Sequence record: AP018399.1 | Length of the DNA stretch: 64,000 bases | Direction: 5' to 3' (one strand) | Part shown: positions 1 to 8,474 of the stretch, in pieces | Layout of the letters: each line of letters starts with the position of its first letter | Position numbering within the stretch: the first letter of the stretch is position 1 | The notes under the pieces: model-generated | Database searches by the model: none | What the model was told of the DNA's origin: nothing | The model's input: the letters and a program-made list of their open reading frames with translations, nothing else | Program-made: the position numbers and the translations under genes

Positions 1-253
1 CGGCCATACCCATCGTCGTTTCGATGCTGATGTAGCCGCTCTTACTCTTGGCCGACAAGTCCTTAATCAATTGGCTTGCTCGTAGCGTCTGATAGTTCTC
101 GTCATTCCAGACCGCGTAGGAGTAGATGAGCCAGTCTTCCGGTTGGTACTCCGCGACGATGGAGTCAAGCTTGTCGAAATTGATGTAAGTATCCATCTGG
201 TTCCAATGCGGAATGATGGTGCTTTCAAGGTCTAGGGCTAGCAGGGTTTTCAT
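1..253 (-). CDS. Partial CDS running off the window edge; possible HAD-like hydrolase
   Basis: Not in ORF track. ATG at 253 overlaps the TGA of the upstream gene (ATGA); reads MKTLLALDLESTIIPHWNQMDTYINF...; DLEST resembles HAD motif I (DxD/ExT). Confidence 0.5.
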   Translation of the reverse strand, partial: MKTLLALDLESTIIPHWNQMDTYINFDKLDSIVAEYQPEDWLIYSYAVWNDENYQTLRASQLIKDLSAKSKSGYISIETTMGMA

Positions 254-795
254 TCGGATTCCTCTGTGGCGATTTCCACACGCGGTTCGGTTACCGTGCA
301 GAAGTATCCGAGCTTTTCGTTGTCCACGATGGCGTCCGGATAGCCTTGAGCCTCAATCTTTTCACTCAACAATCCACCACCACGAACCTGTGTTGTCTTG
401 GTGATGTAGGTTCCCTTGGGGATTTCAATTTCGTTGAGTGACTTGAACTTACTCTTGGTGATGAACTTGGTCTGGAAGGTGTGCGTCTTGGCTGGGCCAA
501 GCGTCACAATCTCGCCCGTCATCTTGACGTACTTACTTAGATTTTCTTCTGACAGAAGAGCAGACTTCATAGTGAAGGTGTTCTTCTTGTGGTCATACGA
601 AGCACCCGTCACGATGTACACGGGTTCCACTGCCTCAATGTCTGTACACGTCACCGACACCAATTCGTTGTTGTGAAACAGTTCCTTGTCACCATACTGA
701 GCCTTGAATGGCTTGATGATACGGCCATTGGTCTGTTCATGACGTTCCCGCGCTTCAACCATGCGGGCATAAACACTCTTAAATTCTTCGGTCAT
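250..795 (-). CDS. Hypothetical protein
   Basis: 181-aa ORF in a run of overlapping minus-strand genes; no recognised motif. Confidence 0.75.
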   Translation of the reverse strand: MTEEFKSVYARMVEARERHEQTNGRIIKPFKAQYGDKELFHNNELVSVTCTDIEAVEPVYIVTGASYDHKKNTFTMKSALLSEENLSKYVKMTGEIVTLGPAKTHTFQTKFITKSKFKSLNEIEIPKGTYITKTTQVRGGGLLSEKIEAQGYPDAIVDNEKLGYFCTVTEPRVEIATEESE

Positions 796-1145
796 TGTGG
801 GATTTCGATGTTGATGTTCACGTCCACATAATGGTCGGGGAAACGTGATTGTAGTACGTTACGAATCAAATCTTGGAATGCGTCAACATCGACTTCTCCA
901 TCCTCTTCCGGAAGATTGAAGTCCATTGCCAGTACGGTATCTCCGGGCACAATGTTGATATCACCGCGACCATTAACCAGATACTTTGCATTATCTTGAC
1001 TCAAGATTTCCTTAAGACCACCAGAGCCTTTGGTGTCATATGTGTAAATCTTAAGGTTGTCGCGGACGGTGAACTCTTGCGTACCAGTCTTCTTGGTTAC
1101 AACAGTTCCGTCAGGAATGTATTTGGCTTCAAGTAGTAGTTTCAT
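792..1145 (-). CDS. Hypothetical protein
   Basis: ORF track 792..1190; ATG at 1145 (MKLLLEAKY) preferred; ATGA overlap with next gene. Confidence 0.7.
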   Translation of the reverse strand: MKLLLEAKYIPDGTVVTKKTGTQEFTVRDNLKIYTYDTKGSGGLKEILSQDNAKYLVNGRGDINIVPGDTVLAMDFNLPEEDGEVDVDAFQDLIRNVLQSRFPDHYVDVNINIEIPQ

Positions 1146-1249
1146 TCTGGCTCTTCTTGTATAGGTTCTTACAATACCAAATGACTCCACCCAACACTGC
1201 GAAGGGTAGAGCCATGATGGTTAGCAGCCCACCGGCTAGGGCATACAAT

Positions 1250-1663
1250 TTAATTATTTCTAGCGTGTCGCTCACTGGCGATTTCCTTTAGTTCCTCAAA
1301 TCTGACGAACTCAAAGTAAGGCGGATGTTCCGTCTCACTCATGAATCCATCTTGGATTTCCGTTTCATAATCATATTCTACCAGCTTGAACGTGTAATCT
1401 CTATAGTTCGGGTTCAGGAGGTACGGACGACTGGAAACGGACTTGATGGTAAGCTCTTCGCCTAGCACCAAATCCTCGTAGTCGTCATCGTTCACGCGAG
1501 TGACCCTGACTTTCTCGCCAACCAACTCTTCGCCCAATTTGGCGAAGATGAACTCGACCCACACTTCACGGGAGAGATTCTTGATTAGCTGTTCGCCGCG
1601 AGGGGTCTTGGCGAATCTTTCATACTCATCTTTCAGTTCAGGATTCCACTCGCTCATAGCCAC
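1250..1663 (-). CDS. Hypothetical protein
   Basis: 137-aa ORF overlapping the upstream stop. Confidence 0.7.
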   Translation of the reverse strand: MAMSEWNPELKDEYERFAKTPRGEQLIKNLSREVWVEFIFAKLGEELVGEKVRVTRVNDDDYEDLVLGEELTIKSVSSRPYLLNPNYRDYTFKLVEYDYETEIQDGFMSETEHPPYFEFVRFEELKEIASERHARNN

Positions 1664-1995
1664 TTCTTATCCATGTAAACATTGCGTTGGATGCAATCGG
1701 TATCCCGGCCGAAGCCACAGATGTGGGTACCATCCATCTTGTACAAATCGTAATTGGAAACTTTGTTCATCGCGTTGAAGGTCTTGACCAGCAGCACAAG
1801 TTCGTCTTTCTTGAACATCGGTTCCCGCAAGGTCACGATGGTCCGATTACGTTGGTGGTCCCAATCGTAATCGTATGCTTCTTGGTCTTTGACTGCATAG
1901 GTTTTGTAAGTGGTAACGGTCAGTGAAGAGAGGATGGTTTCCCTCTTCACCTGACCGCAATGCTTACGTAGCGGATTGGGTTGTTCGTCGCTCAT
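1654..1995 (-). CDS. Hypothetical protein
   Basis: ORF track 1654..2100 overlaps the helicase; ATG at 1995 (MSDEQPNPL) directly follows the helicase stop. Confidence 0.7.
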   Translation of the reverse strand: MSDEQPNPLRKHCGQVKRETILSSLTVTTYKTYAVKDQEAYDYDWDHQRNRTIVTLREPMFKKDELVLLVKTFNAMNKVSNYDLYKMDGTHICGFGRDTDCIQRNVYMDKKWL

Positions 1996-1997
1996 AA

Positions 1998-3677
1998 TTA
2001 CATTTCCGTGTATGCGTCTTTCCACCACTTCGGAATCATGTACTTCGAACGTCGGTACAGGTTTTCCCATGCCGAGTCCAGAATGTAGACGTGACCCCAA
2101 TCTTCCGGGCTACGAACCACGCGACCGCCGCCCTGAATGATGGCGATGAGCGCTTGGATGCTGTACCAAGTGTTCGAAAGCGACATACGCTTCTTCACCC
2201 ATGCATCGCCGAGGTACGGATACGGAACCTTCGCGAACAGCGCAAAGCGACCCTTGTCACCCTTCAAGTCCAGACCTTCGGTGACAGACGGTGAAATCAG
2301 GAGCTTCGGGATTCCATCATCAACTTGGAAGTCGTTGATTACTTGGTCACGGGTATACCCCGACTCTGGATTGTGGTGCATGATTTGATGTGGAATCTTG
2401 CCGCTCAATTCCTTCACCAGCCATGCGGCAACTTGGAAGCTACCGGTATGGATGACGCCAGTTTCGTCCGGGTGAACGTCACGGCACAGCTTGGTCACAC
2501 GCTCAATCATTTTCTTGCGTTCAGCACGAGCTACCGGGGTATCATCTGACCAGCCGAACGTCATCTTGATGGTCGGCATGTAGATAACCGGACGGTTGTC
2601 CTTCGGGAACTCTGACGGAATCGAAATGAAAGCCGTCTTGTCTGGGTCGATGCCCAAATCCGAGCAATACGAATCCTTGTCCAGAATCGTGGACGACATG
2701 AACAGGAACTTGTCAGCCATCGGCTCAACCAGTTCCTTGAAAATGTGGCGACCGTACAGTTCCTTGAACTTGAAGCTGGTCTTGCTTTCGTTCACCAGAA
2801 CGTAGCGACTATCAACTTCGCCAATGTCCTTGGAAATTAGCTGTTCGATGATGGCCTGACGATGTTCCTTCAACTCACGCAAATCCTTGATGGAACGCTG
2901 TTCGTCCATCGACAGGCGACGGCCGGGTTCGAATTCCATTTCAGTCAGGATGCGCTGAACATCCGGCGTCGATTTGGAAATCTTGTCCGTCACGGCCGGG
3001 ATGTAAATCTTGCGAATCCACTCCATCGCTTCGTAGATGCTCTTCGGCACTTGAAAGCGGATGTTCAGTCGCTTGCAGCGCATTTCGCTGAAAACAATCG
3101 AATTGAATTCGGTCAGGTGATGTTCCAGAGTGTGGGCTTCGTCAAACACCAGCAGCTTACGGCTACACACCGGACCATCGTCCGAAGCGACGTACTTGAA
3201 CAGGTTCAAGGCCAGCGTGTAGTTCAACACCACATTCGGAGCCATCGGCATACGCTGGATAGCGTCGCGGTGCGGACAGTTCGCACACTGCGGCTTGATA
3301 TCCGCGCCAATGTCGCAGTTGGTGTTCTTGCTTTCGCACTGGTAGTTGGACTTACCGTACAGGGTGTGCAGAAGATGCTTGTCGAACGACTCTTCGTACT
3401 GCTTCTGTAGGATTTTCTGCGGGGTCAGCAGGTAGGAATCACCGAACGAACGCGAGAACCAACCGCTCAGGTTGAGCGCCAGCGGAGACTTACCACCACC
3501 AACCGGGACTTCGCAAATGATGTAGCGGATATCAGGGCCAAGACTCTGGACCCAATCCTGAATGATTTCCTGCGACACACGCGGCGGGAACTCCCCGAAC
3601 GGCCAGAAGGAGAGGATATCTTCCTTGTCCAACTGGTTCAGGTCACGGGTGTTGCCGATATTACGCTGCATGGTCAT
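1998..3677 (-). CDS. SF2 DinG/Rad3(XPD)-like ATP-dependent DNA helicase
   Basis: Walker A PVGGGKS, DEAH, Cys cluster (CESKNTNC...CANC, likely Fe-S), SVTEGLDLKG, QGGGRVVRSPEDWGHVYILD; AAGGAA RBS before ATG at 3677. Confidence 0.9.
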   Translation of the reverse strand: MTMQRNIGNTRDLNQLDKEDILSFWPFGEFPPRVSQEIIQDWVQSLGPDIRYIICEVPVGGGKSPLALNLSGWFSRSFGDSYLLTPQKILQKQYEESFDKHLLHTLYGKSNYQCESKNTNCDIGADIKPQCANCPHRDAIQRMPMAPNVVLNYTLALNLFKYVASDDGPVCSRKLLVFDEAHTLEHHLTEFNSIVFSEMRCKRLNIRFQVPKSIYEAMEWIRKIYIPAVTDKISKSTPDVQRILTEMEFEPGRRLSMDEQRSIKDLRELKEHRQAIIEQLISKDIGEVDSRYVLVNESKTSFKFKELYGRHIFKELVEPMADKFLFMSSTILDKDSYCSDLGIDPDKTAFISIPSEFPKDNRPVIYMPTIKMTFGWSDDTPVARAERKKMIERVTKLCRDVHPDETGVIHTGSFQVAAWLVKELSGKIPHQIMHHNPESGYTRDQVINDFQVDDGIPKLLISPSVTEGLDLKGDKGRFALFAKVPYPYLGDAWVKKRMSLSNTWYSIQALIAIIQGGGRVVRSPEDWGHVYILDSAWENLYRRSKYMIPKWWKDAYTEM

Positions 3678-3700
3678 GAGGTTCCTTTGAATGTCCAAGA

Positions 3701-3729
3701 AGTATAAGACAGACAAGCGCCTAAGTCAA
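3701..3729 (-). promoter_or_regulatory. sigma70-type promoter for the helicase operon
   Basis: Minus strand TTGACT-N17-TATACT. Confidence 0.7.
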
Positions 3730-3773
3730 GGAAAAATTATTGGGAAGAGTCTTAAAGAAATTATTCTCAGGGC

Positions 3774-4163
3774 AATAAACCCCCCGTTCTCACTCTCCCT
3801 GATGGATAAAACGAACATTTCTTTCAAATATTCTACCAATGGGATTGCATGAGACGGATACCTCACCCAATTTATTCAACGCCCTACTGACGCTTAAGCC
3901 ATAGCTCTAAATTGTTTGAGGTCGGAGACTGACGGTAGGATTTGTTGTCTTGTCAAGTCTCGGTTACGGGTTGTCTAGCCAGCGCCGCTAGGGGAGTCAT
4001 TCCCTTCTCTTTGTATTCACGGCCAGAAATAACCTTTCGGTCAGGTGTCGTTTTAGCTGGTTTGTATGTTGCGGTAACTCGCAGCTTAGAAACTTCGGAC
4101 GGCGTAACCTTGCGGTCGGGCCACCCTCTTTGAATCTAAGCCCACATGGGCGGGGGGTTTATT
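3774..4163 (-). ncRNA. Candidate structured non-coding RNA (or origin) closed by a 13-bp inverted repeat
   Basis: AATAAACCCCCCG (3774-3786) pairs perfectly with CGGGGGGTTTATT (4151-4163); internal GNRA-capped hairpins on the minus strand; no credible ORF. Confidence 0.4.
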
Positions 4164-4361
4164 TCAATCAGTCTTTCTCTGATACGCACCCAACGGACAG
4201 TAGTGTTTAGCGTGTTGTCCGTTCCTTCACGGGTACCAATGACTCATAGTACCATTAGCATTCTCAATTAAATAAAGCGTTCTAAGAGCGTTCTCGACGC
4301 GAATGCTAACATAAAGCCCACTCTCATTGCAAGGTGGGCATATGGGTCTAAAGACTAGGGA

Positions 4362-5417
4362 TTAATATTGACGTAGAGTGTCACGTACACCCTGACGACG
4401 TGCATGAGTCTTGTCGGCTGAGCGGTCAAGAGATTTGAAGTCTACACGGCTATCAAAGGCATCGTCAATCTGCTGCAATAGTTCATCAGCATTGTTCGCA
4501 TCAGGGAAGGAACGAATGACAGATGGGACAATGGTCGTTAGAAGCTGGTATGCATCATCGGATAGGTCTTCCTGACGAGGCTTCTTACCATTCTTCAACA
4601 TGGTGTATGTGGCTTGAGGTAGGTTCTTCATCATATCCCATACCTGACGACCCTTCTCAGTACGGTTACGAGAAGATGGGTGGATAGCAAATAGGATACG
4701 GTTGATGTTACGGGCAGTGTTACCAGCCGAGTGAGTAGCCCACTGGTAGAAGCCGGGGATTAGGGTCTTGACACGGGCTGGGTCAAGAGCGTTGATTTTA
4801 CCAACAAATGAGTCCCAAGCACCCTTGTTGAATCCACCGGTACGAGGGTCGATGAATCCTAGAGATTCCAAACGTGCTAGGCGGTCCGGATTCTTTTCCT
4901 TCATTGCCTGAACGTAAGAAGCACGTTCACGATGGTTTTCAGCACGGTCACGGATACCGTTCAGGATGGCGATATCTTCCTGCTCAAGCTCACGAGCCTG
5001 AGCAACCGCTTTCAATGTATCTTCATCTAGAGTTTCAAGATATTCGCGGGTAGCTTCATCGGTAACATCCATGAAGAAACGGCGAAGAGCCTTGTAACCC
5101 TGACTAGCAGCCTTAGTTAGATTTGACTCACCGGTACCACGCGACGGAGCGGCTAGCGACTGGCGCAGTTCCGAACCGCGAGCGGTCGGGACAACCATTG
5201 AACCTTTCTGCTGTAGGAAACCCTTCTTGGTAAACCAATTGGTAATGTAGTCAGTGATTTCATCCTGACCCGGCTTCACCGTGCGACGGTTTAGTAGGCC
5301 GACTAGCTTCTGTGCAGACGGTGCTTCCTGTCCAGTATCGCGCTGGAAATCCTGAGCAAACTGGTTGTAGACGTTAGCGTTGTTAGAAGCTTCGATTAGA
5401 TACTGTACAAATCGCAT
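4362..5417 (-). CDS. Putative internal head protein with capsid-targeting-like N-terminus
   Basis: N-terminus MRFVQYLIE-A resembles T4 IP targeting sequence MKTYQEFIAE; TAAATA late promoter at 5442-5447. Confidence 0.55.
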   Translation of the reverse strand: MRFVQYLIEASNNANVYNQFAQDFQRDTGQEAPSAQKLVGLLNRRTVKPGQDEITDYITNWFTKKGFLQQKGSMVVPTARGSELRQSLAAPSRGTGESNLTKAASQGYKALRRFFMDVTDEATREYLETLDEDTLKAVAQARELEQEDIAILNGIRDRAENHRERASYVQAMKEKNPDRLARLESLGFIDPRTGGFNKGAWDSFVGKINALDPARVKTLIPGFYQWATHSAGNTARNINRILFAIHPSSRNRTEKGRQVWDMMKNLPQATYTMLKNGKKPRQEDLSDDAYQLLTTIVPSVIRSFPDANNADELLQQIDDAFDSRVDFKSLDRSADKTHARRQGVRDTLRQY

Positions 5418-5440
5418 TGAAAGGGTTCCGGTAATACCCC

Positions 5441-6175
5441 TTATTTATTCAACGGCTGCGGAGCCTTGATGATTTCGTATAGGGTCTTGGCGTCGTTGAT
5501 ATCTTCAATAGGTTTCGGGATGGATTTCATGTCCAGAATTTCTTCGGACTGTTCACGAATGAACTCAACCCACTTGTCGCCCTTGAGATTGGTGTTGTGT
5601 AGGAGTGCCTTATAAATTTCCGGCTTCTTGAATGAACCACCGGCCACACCATCTGGATTACGGTACTCAGTTTTCTTACCTTTCTGGATAGCTGGGTAAA
5701 CTAGAGCAGCCGCTTTCTGCTTAACTTCGGTTGGCTGATAGATTCGTAGTTCTGGAATCTGGACTCCGGAAATATCATCCGAAGCTCGGAATCTATTGTA
5801 AATTGCACGACGCAGTAGGGTACCAAAGGTTACCAAGTCGATGAGTGGACCGGCTGCTGATGAATAGCTGTACCCTTCAATGGCTACGACGATACCCTTT
5901 GATGAATCACAGAAAATGTCGATATCTTCCGAAATGGTATCCACGATACGACTGAAATGTCCAAGCTTACGAAGCTCAAGTTCACTGTGGGTCAGGTCAC
6001 CCTCAATCTCATCGAACACACGAATGCGAACACCTTGGTCTTCACATTCTTGGAACCAACGCTTCAATTCACCCTTCTTGGTGTGAGCGACAGTTGGAGT
6101 CGTGTAAACGAACTTCTTATCGTTCACAACCATTGCAGTACAGCTTAGGGAAGGGTCAATTGCCACATAGTTCAT
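5441..6175 (-). CDS. ruvC: RuvC-like Holliday junction resolvase
   Basis: VAIDPSLSCTA, VAIEGYSY, C-terminal DINDA acidic catalytic pattern. Confidence 0.8.
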   Translation of the reverse strand: MNYVAIDPSLSCTAMVVNDKKFVYTTPTVAHTKKGELKRWFQECEDQGVRIRVFDEIEGDLTHSELELRKLGHFSRIVDTISEDIDIFCDSSKGIVVAIEGYSYSSAAGPLIDLVTFGTLLRRAIYNRFRASDDISGVQIPELRIYQPTEVKQKAAALVYPAIQKGKKTEYRNPDGVAGGSFKKPEIYKALLHNTNLKGDKWVEFIREQSEEILDMKSIPKPIEDINDAKTLYEIIKAPQPLNK

Positions 6176-6360
6176 TAGTACACTCTCGCCATTGTTGGCG
6201 GTTTCGAACCTTCGTCCTTCAACCGCTTCTCAATAAAATTACTGATTCTCTGTCTTTCATGGAACGTTGTCTCCATCATGTCAAAGTATTGGATAGCCCC
6301 TCGCATGAAGTAGACAAGTTCTACGGCTTCGTCCACGATTTTCGTTCGTGAATCCATCAA
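6175..6360 (-). CDS. Baseplate hub assembly catalyst (gp51-like)
   Basis: 61 aa directly after the gp26-like gene; Y..MM..T..ER..I...I.KR pattern. Confidence 0.6.
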   Translation of the reverse strand: MMDSRTKIVDEAVELVYFMRGAIQYFDMMETTFHERQRISNFIEKRLKDEGSKPPTMARVY

Positions 6361-6380
6361 GTCCGCATAAACTTTACCGA

Positions 6381-7220
6381 TTAGTTTTGCGTCTTTGGAC
6401 TTGATGGCGGAATAAAAAAAGCTGTTGGGTTGAGTTCAGTAGTCAACTCATTTGAGTGCTTACACTTGCTGCACTTGGCGTTGTACTTGAAGGTCGGACC
6501 CCAATCCTGTAGACCAGCTACAGCCTTGGTGATGAGTTCAGTGTCGCTACGCGGAATGTGGTTCAACCATTCCTTAATGAATTCACGCTGTTCTTCACTG
6601 GTGTTTTCAACTTCACCCACCGCTGCGATGACTGATGAGAACGAATCTAGAACATATTCTTCAAGAACGTTCGGGTCGGTCAGGCTGTCAGCATTAATCT
6701 GCTGCATCATTAGGAAGTCACGGAAGGTAATCGGCTTCAAGCGGACGGTGTGACCATCGGTAGGAGTGGTCAACGAGAACTTGGCATCGAAGTCGGTAAC
6801 GTCGATTTCCTTTGAGCCGTTGGTAAAGTATTCAAGTGGAACACGGACTTCGTTCTCATGCTTACACTTTGGGTTCGAACAGGTAAACGGAACTTCCACA
6901 AATGGTCCGAAAGAAATTCGACGTAGGTGGGTCAGGATGAAGTCAACGTCAGAAGTCAACAGGTCAAGTGGCTTCTTGATGTTCGGGGAGCAACGCTGGA
7001 ACACACGTTCAATAGCTGTGCCTTGGAAGAGCATGTCCGGAGACTTCATCATAATCTCGTCGGTCATGGTCATCGGATTTAGGACGATTTCGCCGTTCAC
7101 AGTGTCTTCGGTCAGTTCACCGTTGGTGTAGAACTTACCTAGCGACGGTAGACGAATGGTTTCACCCGGCATACGGTTCAGACGGGCTAGAAGGGGATTG
7201 GCTGGTTTATTGTCACTCAT
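6381..7220 (-). CDS. Baseplate hub assembly protein (gp26-like)
   Basis: ANPLL..LPSLGKFY, MT..DEI.MK.PD.L, D.DFIL..LR..S.G, two CxxC pairs; ATG at 7220 follows TAAATA at 7250-7255. Confidence 0.75.
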   Translation of the reverse strand: MSDNKPANPLLARLNRMPGETIRLPSLGKFYTNGELTEDTVNGEIVLNPMTMTDEIMMKSPDMLFQGTAIERVFQRCSPNIKKPLDLLTSDVDFILTHLRRISFGPFVEVPFTCSNPKCKHENEVRVPLEYFTNGSKEIDVTDFDAKFSLTTPTDGHTVRLKPITFRDFLMMQQINADSLTDPNVLEEYVLDSFSSVIAAVGEVENTSEEQREFIKEWLNHIPRSDTELITKAVAGLQDWGPTFKYNAKCSKCKHSNELTTELNPTAFFIPPSSPKTQN

Positions 7221-7320
7221 GAATTTGCTCTCTAAAAGAATTATGGCTTTATTTAGAGTGGTGCCAAAACGCATTTTTGCACACAAATAAATAGTCCTAT
7301 ACTTATGTAGGTTCATAAAA

Positions 7321-8109
7321 ATGGCGAGTAGCACGTCGAGTCAAAACACCCAGCAGAACTACAACAATGCTAACGCAAACAATCCGGACGATAAGACCAC
7401 CGTTACTTCGGTGACAGAATCCCCCGGTGAATTCGTTAGCAGCGCTGACGCACGCAACCGCCAGTCTGTAGCTGCCGCTGCTGAGCGTGAGTGGTTGACG
7501 CGAGTTTCCGAAGCACCGAAAGATGGTGAATCACCGTATTCGAACGGTCGTAGCAACAAGATTCGCCTTGTCAGCACCATCGTTGCCAAGGAAGGGAATG
7601 GGCAGGTAAACACCGGTCTGGAACAGGTAGAGTTCAACCTGTCACCGGAAATCTCAGAATCAAAGCAGGTTATCTACGCGGAAATCGGTGACATTCGTCA
7701 GGCCGCGTCGATTCTAATTTATGGTGGCTCACCTAGCCGTAAGTGGTCAGTGAACGCCAAGTTCCTGTCTCGTACAGCCAAGGAAGCTGACCTGACATGG
7801 AAATCAGTTCAGCTAATGCGTTCATGGGCCAATCCGGATACCAATTATAAGTATGGTATCGACTCGGGTACCCCACACGTCCTTCGTCTCTACGGATATG
7901 GTCGTACTTGGCAGGGTATTCCAGTGGTGTTGTCATCTATCAACGTAGACTATCCAAGTGATATCGACTACATCCCGACCGCATATGGCACGAACGTCCC
8001 GGTCATCCAGAGCGTATCGTTCCAACTAACCGAAGCCCGTACACCTGACGACCTTCTAAAGAAGTTCGACCTAGAGAAGTTCAAGCTCGGCGTCCTACCG
8101 GAGTGGTAA
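7321..8109 (+). CDS. Baseplate-tail tube initiator / tube-fold protein
   Basis: Tube-like beta pattern (FNLSPEISESK...IY.GSPSR.W...AKF...; VVLSSINVDYPSDIDY) and position before the gp53-like gene. Confidence 0.55.
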   Translation: MASSTSSQNTQQNYNNANANNPDDKTTVTSVTESPGEFVSSADARNRQSVAAAAEREWLTRVSEAPKDGESPYSNGRSNKIRLVSTIVAKEGNGQVNTGLEQVEFNLSPEISESKQVIYAEIGDIRQAASILIYGGSPSRKWSVNAKFLSRTAKEADLTWKSVQLMRSWANPDTNYKYGIDSGTPHVLRLYGYGRTWQGIPVVLSSINVDYPSDIDYIPTAYGTNVPVIQSVSFQLTEARTPDDLLKKFDLEKFKLGVLPEW

Positions 8110-8114
8110 TCTAA

Positions 8115-8474
8115 ATGAAATTCAAGCTATATCAAAACAAGTCATCGGTCAAGAAAAAGAACTCCCGCTACCTACAGGGTGGCGAAACCGACGTGTTCAA
8201 GGAACGTCTCGGTTGGTGGGAGAAGCGCACCGACATTCCTAATGAAGAAATCAGCGATACCGTCTTCGTTCTAACGAAGCGTTATGAACACCGTCCATAT
8301 CTGGTCGCCAAGATTTTCCTTGACAGAGAGGATTTGGAATGGTTGATTTTGCAATACAATGAAATTGTTGATATAATGGAAGAGTTTGTTGCTGGACGTG
8401 AAATCCGCATTCCAAGTAAGAATCGCGTGAATTTCAGTATCATCACCAAGCCAACCACAAGTAACAAGCTATGA
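8115..8474 (+). CDS. Baseplate wedge protein, LysM-like (gp53-like)
   Basis: YEHRPYLVA...LEWLILQYNEIVD...G.EIRIP. Confidence 0.75.
   Translation: MKFKLYQNKSSVKKKNSRYLQGGETDVFKERLGWWEKRTDIPNEEISDTVFVLTKRYEHRPYLVAKIFLDREDLEWLILQYNEIVDIMEEFVAGREIRIPSKNRVNFSIITKPTTSNKL

Noticed and set aside
1128-1145. MKLLLE-A N-terminus as a third capsid-targeting signal
   Set aside because: Only the LxE matches, no TAAATA upstream, and it lies among non-structural genes
3717-4361. tRNA, tmRNA, RNase P RNA or group I/II intron
   Set aside because: No T-loop GTTCRA/CCA cloverleaf, no GAGGAAAGTCC, no recognisable P7 or domain-V motif, and no interrupted host gene
7221-7334. N-terminal extensions in the ORF track (also 1996-2100, 3678-3716, 27284-27307, 38648-38674, 51572-51637, 60132-60155)
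   Set aside because: They run through promoters or neighbouring genes; internal ATGs have the RBS or stop-start coupling
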